Origin: Adineta vaga
Taxonomy: Eukaryota; Animalia; Rotifera
DNA length: 64,000 bases
Assembly (NCBI GenBank): GCA_021613535.1
Contig: CP075495.1
Coordinates: forward strand, 1,116,001-1,180,000
Direction: 5' to 3'
The position numbers and the translations under genes were made by a program. Below the pieces are notes generated by a model. The model was given only the letters and a program-made list of their open reading frames with translations. It was not told the DNA's origin and searched no databases. Positions 37,272 to 50,674 of this stretch are shown here, in pieces; within the stretch, counting starts at the first letter, position 1; each line of letters opens with the position of its first letter.

Positions 37272-39938
37272 TTATTCAATTCTGTTATTTTCTGATAAAA
37301 ACATATTTGAAGATTCAATTGTTAAAATTTCATTAATTTCATCTACAATTTGTTCGGTTTTGGATTGTAAAGATGTTTGACTATCAGATGAATGTTGATC
37401 ATCTTCATCAATAGAAGCCAATGGTTGATTCGGTAGAATAATTTGATTTTGATCATTAAAATTAACGATTGAATGACGTTTTTGAGCATGACGATAATTT
37501 TCCAATTGATTTTCTTTACTAATCTTATCTAAATGTCCTGAATAAGGTTTAGCAGAAGTTGAAGTCAGTTGTACGGAAATATCACGAACAGCACGAAATT
37601 GTCCACAATTATTTAAATGTTCATTTTCTAATCGAAAATAATTCCATAGAAATCTTCGAATTAATTCAATAATAGCAAAAACAAAACCGATAATATCAGA
37701 ATATTCTCCCATTTCTGTATCGAAATAAACAAATATATTAATTATCCAAATATAACGAAAAATAATATTTTCAATAATAACACAATAATAAATCAATTTT
37801 GATGGATAAACAATTTGTTCACGTAAAAATTGATTTTCACCCGCATTTTTATCAAAAAATCCCCAATCCATTTTTAAATCCCAAAGAAGTTTATAGGTCG
37901 AACCAATCAAAGCTGTTATTGACCATAAATATAAATATGGATTCGATTTTTTATTATTTTTATAATAACGATCATTCGATCGACGAATAGCATTCGTTAT
38001 AGAAACAGCAAATCCACTTGCATATTTCCCTGCATTTACTAAATGAGGAAATTTTTGTTTCGTATCACGATAACGTCGAAGACATTGAGCGAAACGAAAC
38101 CATGATGGAAGAATAATTAGAATTGTTTGAATTAAAAATTGTGACCAACCACTACATAAGGCACCACGTTGAATATTTGTCTTACTCCAATTTGTATCAT
38201 ATATATAGAAACAAATGAAATATTCTATATCGAAAAAGAGTAATTCCAATGATATTAATTGATCACCTAACCAAAAACTAGCGAAATCAACATGATAAAA
38301 TGGAGCACAAATCACTTGACGAAGTTTTTTCAATAACCAAAATCGAGCTTTATGATAAAAAGTTCGACTAGGATTGAGAAAGAATATGAGTAAGAATAGA
38401 GTAAAAACTAATGGTTGAATAAATGGTTGATATTCGTAATAGGATGCAATAAAAAAGGCAATAAAACTAAGAAACCAACATGACATTAAAAGTGTTCCAA
38501 TTTCTAAAAGTTTCTGATATGTTAAATGACTTCTCGGGTCAAATTCAAAAATTAATACATGATTTACACCAGCATGTGACCAACCATATACATTTAATCC
38601 AACAAAACAAATATGAAGAATAATCAAAAACAATGGACGATAAACATGAAATGTCGATCGCCATAAAACTTCTTTACCTGTGATAGTTTTACGAAAAGCA
38701 AAGCCAAGAATCAATAATAATGGACATAGAAGACAAAGCATACCTATAAAATATATTAAGCAAATATATGTATAGTTCTTTTGACTTTTTGAGGAAAAAG
38801 AATCTATCTAACCAATAAATAAACCAAGACGAAAAGTAACAATTCGTGGTTGTTTTTCTTCAAGTGGTGGAACACGTAAACGTTGCATAGCTTTTGTTCT
38901 ATTTCCATGTTCAAGCTTATCAATATACATTGTTTCAACATCGTGAATTAATTGATCAATACCTTTTGATTGATGAAATAATGCTATATCAATATGATTG
39001 ATTCTAGAATTTGTTTTGATGAAAAAAGACTTCTAAAAGAATAGGTGTTTTTCTTCTTACCTCCATTGTTCTCCACGATTTGTTTGAAATAATTTATCAT
39101 GTTTTTTCAATATCTTTCGAAAGCCTTGAAAATTTAATGTTTGATAATTCTTTAATAAAATTAACATTAAATAAAATTCACTAAGAGCTAATTTTAAATC
39201 ATTGATTTTCATATGTAATGTCCGATCTTTATGTTTTTTTGTTGATAGAGACGAATATTTATTGATACTACCATTTTCTTCCAATGGAAAGATTTTTGAA
39301 GAATTTGAATGTGGATGGCGACGATGTTCTTCAGTATATTTTACTTCAACCTTTAAAGGTTCAAATCGTCTCAATGCTCTGAAGAAAACGAAACTCAAGA
39401 AATGACTGAGTTATCGAAAAAATTGTCACTATTGCTCAGACCATCCCTGAGGGGAGATACAGAGAATCTTTAGAAAAAAAACTTAAAAATTCATTGAAAA
39501 ACAAGTGATTAGAAATCGTGCTCATCGAAAAGATTTTTCATGATAATTTTGATGTGCAAACATTCCAGCATTACTCATCTCTCTCGGATGATATCCAAAG
39601 TTTCCGCATTTATTTTTGTTTAAATTCAAAAAGAATACATACTCGGCTAATTTTTCAGCAAAGAACGTATTAATTTTTGACAATTCCGTACTACAATACT
39701 GATAAAACCGAAAAGAGATTTGATATGAAATATATACATTTCTAAACAACAATACCTTAAAAAATGCTTCATCAGCTTGTAGATAATACAATTGCCGTGC
39801 TAAATCATTACTTGGATCTGATAAATGTTGTGTATTGGCTACATATGCAGATAACATATCTTTCATTTGATCATATTCAATATATTGTGAATACCATTCA
39901 GGTGTTAAATGTGTCCATAAATGTTCACCAAACTTCAT
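37272..39938 (-). CDS. XPR1: XPR1/SYG1 phosphate exporter (SPX + EXS domains)
   Basis: [28 protein letters not shown]|[46 protein letters not shown] and [20 protein letters not shown]. Five exons. Confidence 0.95.
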
Positions 39939-40362
39939 TGTAATACAACTTAAATCGATTATGATAAGTATGTACAATGTTATTTTGATGATATCTTGTA
40001 AGTATAATAAAGAGAAGCATTTCGATCTATTTATCTATATATATATATATACATACATATATTATCATAAAACCATAAACTTCAATGTGCTTACGCACGC
40101 GTCTATAAAACTAAACGAATATACTGGCGTATATCCAACAAAAATATTTTGTTCTTTAAAAACAAAATCTTCATTATTTATGAGTGTATTTGATAAGTAA
40201 GATTTGACGTAGGTAGAATGTTGTTCATGACAATTTCAAGTTTCAAATCTATAACACAACTAGAGAATGTACTTTCAATCACTATTGAAATCATAATTTA
40301 TTGAAGAATAATTCACAATCAATTATTATATCAATGAAAAAAAGATTTCATATAAAATCTAA

Positions 40363-40993
40363 TCAAGCATCAACTGTAAAAATTGTTCGATAAATTAAAG
40401 TAAGATGATTGTTTTCAACAAATTTTGACATAGGAAATTTTCGACGTTCAGGAATTGAATCAAATTTCTTTTCTTCTTTAACTTGTTCATCAGATTGATA
40501 TATCAAGAATATATACCGATGTCTTCCTGTTCCAGGTCGTGGTCCAGGACCCGTATATGCACCTAAAAGATTTCATTTAATCAAACTCTCGTCATATTAT
40601 TGAATATTTACTCACAAATATGTTGTCCATCTTTGCCATCATTTTGTTTAAAATTGGCTAAAATCCAATGAATGAAAGGACCTGTTATTGGATTCTCAGC
40701 TGATGGTGCATCAGGATCAATCATAATCTTAAATTGATTGATCAAAAAAGAAAAAATAATTATTCAAACAAAAATAATAAACAAACCAATGTTAAATATT
40801 TATTCTTATCAAATTGTTGTTTAACATTAATAATAGGTTGTTGTTGTGTTTGTTCTTTTGTTAATTGATTTTGTCCATTAATTTTTTCATTTTCATAACT
40901 TATTTCAAATTGTTCATTATCATTTGTTGAAATATCATTTAATAAGTCTATTAAATATCCAACATCGGAACTTATTTCTTCACTCATTTTCAT
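40363..40993 (-). CDS. Phosphatidylethanolamine-binding protein (PEBP/OV-16-like)
   Basis: Three exons. YLTL|IMIDPDAPS..FIHW and YTGPGPRPGTGRHRYIFLIYQ. Confidence 0.9.
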
Positions 40994-41220
40994 ATATTTT
41001 ATCTTCTATCGTTAAATACGCGCTTTCGTTTTTGATAACGTTTAAAACAAAGATTCTTTATCATCGATAAAACAACAAGAAGATAAAGATATTCTATATC
41101 ATACGGGCATGTTAACTAAAGAAAAATCAGGTTTTTATTTAATCGAAAAATTACATCAAAGAAAATAAATAATCGATTTTCTAAAATAATAAATAAATAT
41201 TTAAGAATTGTTGTTTAATT

Positions 41221-41823
41221 TTATCCCCGATGAATTTTTTTATTACTATGATCTCTAGCTGCGACACCAAGAAAATAAAGTGTATCTGGATATTTATCAG
41301 ATAAAACTTGTAAATCATATTTATTTCTCCAGAATAATGAAGAAACTCGTTTTCGAAATTTAGCCAAAACAGTTCCTAATGGTTCTTCAATAAATTCTGT
41401 ATTTAATGATGCTGCTTTACCTTCCATTATAATTCGATTTTCATTCCATATAATTGTAAATTTATTTCCAACTAATTTATAATTTTGTTCAATAGTTGCA
41501 TTAGACCATTGATTTCGTTGTTCATTAACAAGAATACTAACTGTTGCTTTATACATTGCAGCTGTAAATTTAGCTTTTAATCGAGCAAGAAGTTTTTTCG
41601 ATGGAAGCGCATAGATTCGAACATCATGAGTTGCACCAAATTTAGATTCCATACGATATTGACGAACTTTACCATTGGAATCATAAACAGAGAATTCTCC
41701 ACCTTTAAGACCACTAATAAAATCTTTTTTTATTAGATATGTTCGATTTGTACCAAATGTATGAACAGGTATTAATAAATTCAATAAGAATAGAATAAAT
41801 GAGAGTAATATAATTTTTAACAT
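41221..41823 (-). CDS. LURP-one-related/scramblase (Tubby C-like) domain protein with signal peptide
   Basis: YLIKKDFIS..EFSVYDSNG..YRMES and LAKFRKRVSS..NKYDLQV..YFLGVAARD, with a hydrophobic leader. Intronless. Confidence 0.72.
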   Translation of the reverse strand: MLKIILLSFILFLLNLLIPVHTFGTNRTYLIKKDFISGLKGGEFSVYDSNGKVRQYRMESKFGATHDVRIYALPSKKLLARLKAKFTAAMYKATVSILVNEQRNQWSNATIEQNYKLVGNKFTIIWNENRIIMEGKAASLNTEFIEEPLGTVLAKFRKRVSSLFWRNKYDLQVLSDKYPDTLYFLGVAARDHSNKKIHRG

Positions 41824-42550
41824 GATTTCAATATTTAGAAGAAAGACTTATTTTATTTCGTTGTTCTTTCTTTTGTATACATATATATATAGGATTCATT
41901 TTCGATCTTAAAGTTCATATTTAACTTATTCTTATCTTAATTAAGAAAAAAGAAAAGATGATAGATTTACAAATAAATCTATATCATATTTCATTTTCTT
42001 ATTGATGTTAATACTCGTATTTTTAAACACAAAAAAAAAGACCTTGAAATTATCTATCTTCATTATATTTGTACCGGTATTACTTAAATAATCCATTGAT
42101 AAAACACTCTAAATAAATCTGTTTATTCTCTTGTTTATCACCAAAGATTTCTTATATTCTAGATGAGAAATAAGTGTACAAAGAAGAGTAATTGTTCATA
42201 ATTTCAGCAATCGGCAACTCCGTGACAATCATCAGAGTTACAGGTTGTGCCAGTGCAAATTTAGAATACGACTATGTGACCTCCCTTCAATTCCGCCAAA
42301 GTTATTCATTACTTTTCCAAATCCTATTGATACTTTATGGTTATTCTTGAGAAATAATAGAGATATTTAACAACTCAAACCAATCAGAATAAAAATATTT
42401 TAATCATGTTATTCTAATGGTTTCTGATATTTAATTATTCCTTTCTTTCTATTTCTATGACACATTTTTTATTTATATACGAAACACATTGAAAATAGAA
42501 CAATAGAATAATGAATGTTTTATAATTTCTTGAATTATTTAATACAAATG

Positions 42551-43498
42551 TTAAGTATTATTTGAAGGTTTTATTGCAACGATTCTATTTACACGAAAAC
42601 AATTCATTTTGAGACATAAATATTTTGCTTGTTGTCGATATGATGATGATGATATATAATAAATAAATGATGAAAATGAATGCGAAAAATAATAGAATAT
42701 ACTAACAATATTAAGAATAACTGATTCAATTTCTGTTTGATATAAAGATTTACTTTGATAAGATGTCAATGTTAAATACATAGAAAAAAATCCATATGGA
42801 ATTGTTTGAATTATAATAGATATTGTTTGATATCGAATCATTGATGTTAAATTTCTCTGAGCTTTTTCACGACGATGATGAATTCTTAATAAACTTAAAT
42901 TATTATAGACTAATATTCCAATAATAATTATAAATATAACAGGAATTAATGCCGCAATAATAGGTTGATGTACAAAAGAAAAATATTTATTAAATTCATA
43001 ATTTGCAAAAACATTACAAAGAAATGTTTCATTTCCATTTTTAACATGTTGAGCTAGAACATAAAATGGTATATTATAAATAAACCAAAATAGAATAATA
43101 CATAAGATTGCAATTTTTGTTCGTTTTAATTCACTTAAACGACGATATTTTTGTTTTGAACTTGATAAAAAGAATTGATCACACCAAGCATAACATGTAC
43201 ATGTTAATGATATTAATGAACTTGCTTGTCCAAGATAAGTTCTTGTTTTACACCAAATAAGATTTGTACGTGTTGGATCAATATTAAATCCAACAGCAAG
43301 TGTACGTGTTAATAAACCATCGATTAAATAAATTAAACTGAATAATGAAGATGTAAAAAGTAAAAATGTTGATGGACTATTCGTTTGACTTGTATAAAAT
43401 ATGATTGTATTAAGAATATTTCCAAAAACTCCACAAATAAAGAAAACTATTCCAACTGAACGTACAAATGGAATTGTAATAGTTGTCTGAAGAGACAT
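42551..43498 (-). CDS. Rhodopsin-like 7TM GPCR
   Basis: GVFGNILN (TM1), WCKTRTY, CDQF (DRY position), seven hydrophobic segments and FIYYISSSSYR. Confidence 0.88.
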   Translation of the reverse strand: MSLQTTITIPFVRSVGIVFFICGVFGNILNTIIFYTSQTNSPSTFLLFTSSLFSLIYLIDGLLTRTLAVGFNIDPTRTNLIWCKTRTYLGQASSLISLTCTCYAWCDQFFLSSSKQKYRRLSELKRTKIAILCIILFWFIYNIPFYVLAQHVKNGNETFLCNVFANYEFNKYFSFVHQPIIAALIPVIFIIIIGILVYNNLSLLRIHHRREKAQRNLTSMIRYQTISIIIQTIPYGFFSMYLTLTSYQSKSLYQTEIESVILNIVSIFYYFSHSFSSFIYYISSSSYRQQAKYLCLKMNCFRVNRIVAIKPSNNT

Positions 43499-44359
43499 TA
43501 TTTTGCTTCTAACTGAAAATTTTAATAATGAAGTATTCCTTCCATTTTATAGAACTATATAACCATTTTATAGTTTGAAATAAGCTTGATTAATAAGAAG
43601 TAACTATGTCTAGAGATCTGTTCTTGTTTTTCCTTCTCATTAAAATAATTATCAAAATAAATTTTTCTGAAATGAAAAGATTATCATTGAAATGTACATG
43701 CATCTTCAACTATTTCAAAGACAAGATGAATTCATTTATTGTGTACTCAATATGAACCTTTGAGTTAAATTGTAATTATATAGAAGCATCTGGGAGTACT
43801 ATTACATCCACTACATTATTATTTAGACAATGTATCAAAGATGAGATTTAACATTTTTCATATCGTGCAACGAAAAAAGTGATTATCTTCTAACAGTAAT
43901 TTATTAAAGTAAGGATGACAAAAAACAAGTTTCTATGAAAGAAATAAGATTAAAGAAGACGTAGACTTTTAATTATGGTTGAACTTATTAAAAAATATTG
44001 TATATGCCGGAATCGTTATCATCATGCGTGTTACTTGAATTACATATTGAAAAATCCTGTTCTAATTGAATAGACTTCCTAATGTGCGTGTACAGATATT
44101 TTTTGTAAAAGATTGTTTAGAAATATTTTCATCTTCGTATATCAATATGATGAATGTTTTCTCTTTCAAGCAATTTTTGTTGCTTCAATGTTATTTAATC
44201 TTTCATTTGTAAGAATTATTATTAATTCATCTATGATTTTTACGAGTTTATTGTTTTAATAATGTATTGTATGATGACTTAAAAAAGAACATTCATCTAA
44301 AATCATATAAATATGTTCGTAAAATACAAAACTTTTATATAGTTTTTACCATAAAGAAA

Positions 44360-45421
44360 ATGTCTTCGTCATCATCATCTATAATTTTATCCTATCAATA
44401 CTATACAAAACAAATCTATGTATATTTTGGACTTATCTTAATCATTAGTGGTATTATTGGTGAATTATTAAATTTAATTATATTTCAAACATTAAAAATA
44501 TTTCGACAAAGTCAAAATGTATTTTATTTACGAATAATGTCATTATCAAATCTAGGTCAAATTCTCGTAGCTGTTTTATTTCGAACACTTAGTTATGGTT
44601 TTCAAATTAATTTATTACGTTATTCATGGATCTGTAAAGTTCGTGAATATTTCGTACATTTCTTTGCATTAATATCATTAACAAGTATTTGTTTGGCAAC
44701 TATTGATCAATATTTTTCATTAACTCGAATTCATTTAAGTCAAATGAAATATTCACATCGTAATATTATTCTTACAATTATTATTTGGTTACTTCATAAT
44801 ATTCCATTTTTAATCTATTGTGAGATTTCATCAGGTTCTTGTCGAAATTTAAATACAACATTTAGTACTTATGCTAATTATTTTATTTGGCCAGTATTAC
44901 TTGGTTGTTTACCAGTTGTTATTATGTTAGTTTTTGCAATTTTATCATATATTAATGTACGCAGAATATCGAAAAGTCAAATTAATATTACACGATTAAG
45001 TCATGAACGTCAAATAACTGCTATGGTACTTGTTTATGTCGTATTTATAATTATTCTTAGTTTACCATGTATAATATATACGATTTATTCACTTAATCCA
45101 GGTTATATTGATGCTGAGATTACGGCAAGAAATCGTCTTATTTATGGAATTTTATCATTTTTATATTACGAAAGTTATGCCGTAAGAAAATTTCTTATAA
45201 AATATATTTGAACGAAAAAAAAGATTATATTGAAATTCTTTTAGTGCTCATTTTATATTTATTGTTGTGTATCAAAACGATTTCGAAAACAATTATTTTA
45301 TGTTCTTTTTGAAGTACATTTAAAACAATGGAAAAAAATGTTTGGTCAATTACAAAATAATCAAATTGGAATCGAACAACCACTTCAAACAATTCAGCAA
45401 TATACATCTACACATCAATGA
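44360..45421 (+). CDS. Rhodopsin-like 7TM GPCR
   Basis: Exons 44360-45181 and 45245-45421. GIIGELLN, ICKVREY, LATIDQY and SFYIYCCVSKRFRKQL. Confidence 0.88.
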
Positions 45422-45610
45422 TTTCATTTATTATTGTTAAATAACCATTATGGACAATTACGATAAAATAGACTACAACTTTTATATCTATACATCGTTA
45501 TTGTTCTATCGATTTCATGTTTTCTTTTTCTTATATTTATTGTCGATGTTTGTATTGTGATTATTAATCATAAAGATTGTAAATGTGTTTAATGGAAACT
45601 AATTTGTGAT

Positions 45611-45899
45611 CAGTGGCATATTCAGGAGTTTTAGACAGATAAGAAAACTTTGCTGAAAGTTCATGGGAAATTTGATTTTGCGGCAAATTCAATAGTCTCA
45701 ATGACAAACAGCAGTGTACTGTATCAATGCTAGAGAAATATCTAACTACACAACATTGGATTCTATCGGATCTGCAATAGGTGCCGAAGATCATAATCTA
45801 ATAATCCTGAAAAAAAAGAACACTCGTAAAGTTTGTAGCAATTGACATTTAGCCGATGGAATCCAACGTCTACCCTCCGCCCCCTTGGATACACTACTG
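45611..45899. mobile_element. Degenerate hAT-like MITE (289 bp)
   Basis: TIRs CAGTGGCATATTCAGG and CAGTAGTGTATCCAAG match 11/16 and all mismatches are transitions. Flanking 8-mers TTTGTGAT and TATGTGAC match 6/8. Part of the interior recurs at 50359-50444. Confidence 0.65.
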
Positions 45900-46207
45900 T
45901 ATGTGACTTAGTTGATTAGATACAAAGGATGATTTACATTGACTCTGTATATATCATATGTTTATCTATACTTATCATGCGTGTACAAACTCTTGGGAGA
46001 AAAACATATGGTCATGTAAATTGAAACGAATCATGATGGATGTAGTCGAATCTGGGTTTTTTTCTTCATACAATTGAATATTATTCAGTACAAAAAAGAC
46101 TATAATGAGAAAAAAATAGTCATTGATTTTTCATTAAGAAAGAACGTGTGATAAAGATTGTTGAGAATGAATATATGAATTAATACATATCTGAAGAAAG
46201 AAAAAGA

Positions 46208-46621
46208 ATGAAATTGGTACTGATAGTATTATTGTACTTTTTTCTTATTGAAAAAAGTGAAACTCAAAATATTTCATTAAAATTAATCTGTTCAAATGAT
46301 ATTAATTGTGGTTCACCAAATGGTCAATGTATACTAAATGAATGTATATGTACAAAAGGATGGATTATTAATGATCAATCTGGTTGTACATATCAACAAA
46401 AATCAAAATTAACTGCTTTTCTACTTTCATTTTTTCTTGGTTTTTTTGGTATTGATTGGTTCTATTTAAGCGTTTCAAATGTTTTTTATATTATTGCAGG
46501 AATTATTAAATTAATAACATTAGGTGGTTTTGGTATTTGGTGGATTGTTGATTGGATTCGATTATTAGCAAATGGATTTCAAGATGGAAATGGAATATCT
46601 TTACAAGATTGGAATACTTAG
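46208..46621 (+). CDS. TM2-domain protein with an EGF-like extracellular region
   Basis: Signal peptide, C..C..GQC...C.C..GW, then KSKLTAFLLSFFLGFFGIDWFYL..KLITLGGFGIWWIVDWI. Confidence 0.9.
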   Translation: MKLVLIVLLYFFLIEKSETQNISLKLICSNDINCGSPNGQCILNECICTKGWIINDQSGCTYQQKSKLTAFLLSFFLGFFGIDWFYLSVSNVFYIIAGIIKLITLGGFGIWWIVDWIRLLANGFQDGNGISLQDWNT

Positions 46622-46725
46622 AGATTCTTCTCATTGCCTATATGACTTTATTAAAAAGAAAATCTTTTTTTCTATGATCTAAACTAATGAATACATTATT
46701 CTTTAAAACAAAACTTATAATAAAT

Positions 46726-49141
46726 CTAATATCCATGAGGATTTCCACCTTTTCTTATGTCACAATTAGCCCAATATTGTTTTTCTTCGGTACGCCATTC
46801 AATAGCTTGTACAACTGATCCACCATAGGATATACATTTAGTTTTATGTCCACGAATTTTAAGTTCATTTAAAATATCCTAAAATTAATGAATTTATTTC
46901 TTCATATTGATATCAAATAATCTTTTACTTGATCAAATATTTCTTCAAAAAGAATTTTATTTGGAGATAAATGATGATGAATTCTTGGTTGATCAATTGC
47001 TTCTTTAATATTTTTATTAAATAATAAATTAAGTAATGTAACATGTGCAACACTTGTTACAATCTTTGTTCCTCCACTTCCACCGATAACTAATCGAATT
47101 TGACCATCATTATTATTAATAATAATTAAAGGTGTTTGAGATGAAACAGGTCGTTTTCCAGGTTCAATTAAATTTGTTTTTGATGAAGATAAACCATGAT
47201 AATTCGTTTTTTCAGCAATAGAAAAATCATCCATTTGATTATTATAGATAATTCCTGTTTCTTCACCAACAACCAATGAACCAAAACTATAGAAAAACAA
47301 ACTAATATGATATCTTTCAAGATATATGAATTAGTCAAACTATGTATTAATTGTTGATGTAATTGCTACTGCATCTCCATATTCATCAACAATAGATATA
47401 TGAGCAGTTCCTGTAATTGATTTCGATTTCGTATCATTCATTCCATAATAGTCTTCGGAAAATGTTTTTTCATCACTAAAATGTAATTTTATATGTGAAA
47501 AATGAAGGTTTTTTTTAAATTTTTAATTAATGAACTTGATTTTTTGTCTGATTGTATCTGCATAGGATTTCGATAATAAATCATCGATTAACTAAACAAA
47601 GAAAAACGATTTAAAACAAACGAAGTTTTTCTATATAAAAAATGAAATTACATGTTGTAGATTGATTTTTAATGGATCACCTAATTGTGATCGTTTAGCA
47701 AATGCAAATTTGAATGATTCAATTAATCGATGATAAAACAATGCAGCTGTTTCATTTTGATTAAGATCATCTACTTGAAATTGATATCCTTGATACGATA
47801 AAATAATCATTGATAATTAATTTTAGAGAAAAACTAAAAACAAACCGAACATTATATTGAGAATAAGTGCAAGAATAGGACCATTGGATGGTGCTGAACT
47901 TGTAAAAGCTTTTAATGAAGTATTTAAATTAAATGATAATGCTTCTTGAAAATCAAGACCATATTGACGAAGATCATTTTGAGTTAAAATTCCACCTAGC
48001 GATTGAAATTATATTGAGAATATGAAAAAAGAAAATGAACCTTTTCTTTGAATTTCAGAGACAATTTTATCGGCAAGATCACCATTGTAGAATGTTTCAA
48101 TACCTTCCTGAGCAATTTTTTGTAATGTTCGAGCTAATTTAGGTCTTTTCATTAGATCACCTTCTTGATAAAGTTCATTCGTTGTCAAATTCTTAACAAA
48201 AACTTCTCTAAAACAATTTAGATTTATTAAATTCAATTATAAACTAAAACTTAACTTACCGAAGTTGTGTATCATTAAGAATATGTTCTTTATTTTGATT
48301 AATTGCAAAAGCTAATGCACCACTGACTTTAAATCCTCTTTCACATAAACGAATTGTTGGCATGAAAAGTGATGACCATAATACTCCTCCACCGAATTGA
48401 TCATAAGCTTTTCTATATGCTAATAATTCACCTGGTGTTCCAATAGCTAATGGACCTATTTATTATATTTGAGAAATTTTGTTGAGAAAATTCGAAAATA
48501 ATCTTACCGATTAGTGACATATTTTCTCTACCTTGAAACATTGTTCTATTGGATTGTAATGGAGCTGTTTCACGTTCAACAATACTAAATGCTTTTCCAA
48601 GTTTTCTGAAAAATTAAAAAAGAAAAACATCGAAAATTCTTCAATAATTTTTCTAAAAGATAAAAACCTTGAATAGATAAGAAAAATACAACCACCACCA
48701 ATACCCATTGAATGAGCATTTAAAACTCCATTACAAAGAGAAGCTGCAATAGCTGCATCAGCTGCTTTTCCACCTTTTAATAGAATAGATTTACCAATTC
48801 TTGAACATTCTTCATTATCAACAGCTACTGCAGCTCGAGAATATTTTCCTAATTTTGATGAACCAGTTATTGTATATGATTCATGATCTGATCCACAGAT
48901 TTCATTTGAATTTTCTTCGGTTGAATCTATTTTTAAATAGAAGATAATTATTTAGAAAAAAACTAATATCAATATATAAAAACCATTTCCTCTTTTTAAA
49001 CCGAAAAAAAGGCCAATCGTAATACTTGCCACAACAATAAATACAGCAATTAATAATACGAATATAGTTGATCGTTGCCTATGAAGAAAAATAAAATTAT
49101 CATCGATTAGTTTTTTTTTATAAAAGAAAATAATCGTACAT
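46726..49141 (-). CDS. Gamma-glutamyl transpeptidase (glutathione hydrolase)
   Basis: About 11 exons. N-terminal TM, GGKAADAAIAASLCNG..SMGIGGG, GTAHISIVD (catalytic Thr), NNQMDDFS, PGKRPVSS, GGSGGTKI and DIRKGGNPHGY. Confidence 0.93.
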
Positions 49142-49523
49142 AATTATAAGATAAGACAATTTTTATCAAGAAATATTCGTATTGATTGTTTACTAGATAA
49201 ATAAGGAGAAAATAATGAGATTATATCAAAATCACTTTATCATTGAGAACAAGAACGGAAGGAAAGAAAAAACAGATATTCTCTTCTTTTTTCTATTGGA
49301 TTATCGTATTTATTATTATTATTATTATTCCATATGACCAAGAATCTTAGTGTCTTTCTTTCTCTCCAAAAATTGTATATGTCTGATAGTAGTAAATATA
49401 AACCATCCTTATAGAAATAAGTTTATTGAGTTTCTATTCGGGAAAATATAGAAGTATGATAACGTTTGTTTGCGAATATCTCTGAAAAAAAACCGTCCAT
49501 TGCGTTTCAATTGATTAATGATG

Positions 49524-50674
49524 TCAATGTCCGTGATGGTTTCGTCCTCGATGATTTGGTAAAACTAATTGACGTATAGTTGGTATGCCATGATGCTGTC
49601 GACGTATTATTTTTTTAATTGTCCATAAACCATCTGCAGAATTCACAAGACGATGATTAGATAAATAATGATATGGCATATAAAAATATCCTTCATCACC
49701 CTTTTGAAAAAACAAAAAATCTATTAAATTAAATCTATTATATAAATATATAATTAACTCACCCAATCTTCTCCCCAAGAATTTCTTGCATAGAAATGTT
49801 TTGTACGTCTATCATAACCAATTATAACAACACTATGAAAACGAGTTTTATCAATTAAACCAGTTCGAATATCAGGCATTCTTGAATGAGTACTATTGGG
49901 ATGAAAAGATATGCCTGCTTCTTCTAATAGAATAATATCAATAATAACGGGTAGTTGATTATGTAAACATGTTTCAATCGCTTCTATTGTGCAAGGAATT
50001 CTTAATGGAATTACAGTCCATTCACGTGCTTTTGCATATGCTTCATTTGATGGTTTTACATTGACGTTTTCTGCTATATACGGCCAAGTTCTCTCCTTAC
50101 AACATCCATATTTTTGTAAGCCTAAAGCAATCGCTCGTTGTACAACTCCACCATCAGTAATATGTCCAGTTCTTTCATTCATTCTTCTTCCATTATAGTA
50201 AATAAATAAACGAGAAACATCAATATGAACACCATGTAAACGTTTTATTAAATATTCACAAACACCAGCAAATGCATTTGCACAACTGAAGTAACAAAAA
50301 AGAGTAATTTATCATATGAGCAATTCGTTTTCTCAATCTAGTAGTGTCAAACTTGAAAGTTGGATTCCGTCGGCAAAATGTCAATTACTACAAACTTTAC
50401 GAGCGTTCCTTTTTGGGAGTATTAGATTATGATCCTCAACACCTGTCGGATCCAACATCGAATTGATTGATTTGGGGAACCTTTGATTTGCAATAAAGTA
50501 CACTTACCATGCATTTATATCCAATTGTTGTTCAACAGGTGTCATCCAAGGACGTAAATTAACAGAAGATGATAACTGTTCTCGTGGAAATGATATTGGT
50601 CGCATTATATGATTGTGTTCATCTCTACGTTTGTTTGATTCGATACGACGATGACGATTTGGTTTGAGAAGCAT
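49524..50674 (-). CDS. Second propeptide-less papain-family (C1A) cysteine protease
   Basis: Exons about 50674-50508, 50286-49763 and 49701-49524. VNLRPWMTPVEQQLDINAC|CANA, SRLFIYYNGR, FHSVVIIGY, RNSWG and GDEGYFYMPY. Confidence 0.88.
50359..50444 (-). repeat. Inverted partial copy of the 45611-45899 MITE inside intron 1 of the protease gene
   Basis: The reverse complement aligns to 45779-45868 (GATCATAATCTAATA..CTCGTAAAGTTTGTAG.AATTGACATTT.GCCGA.GGAATCCAAC). Confidence 0.85.
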
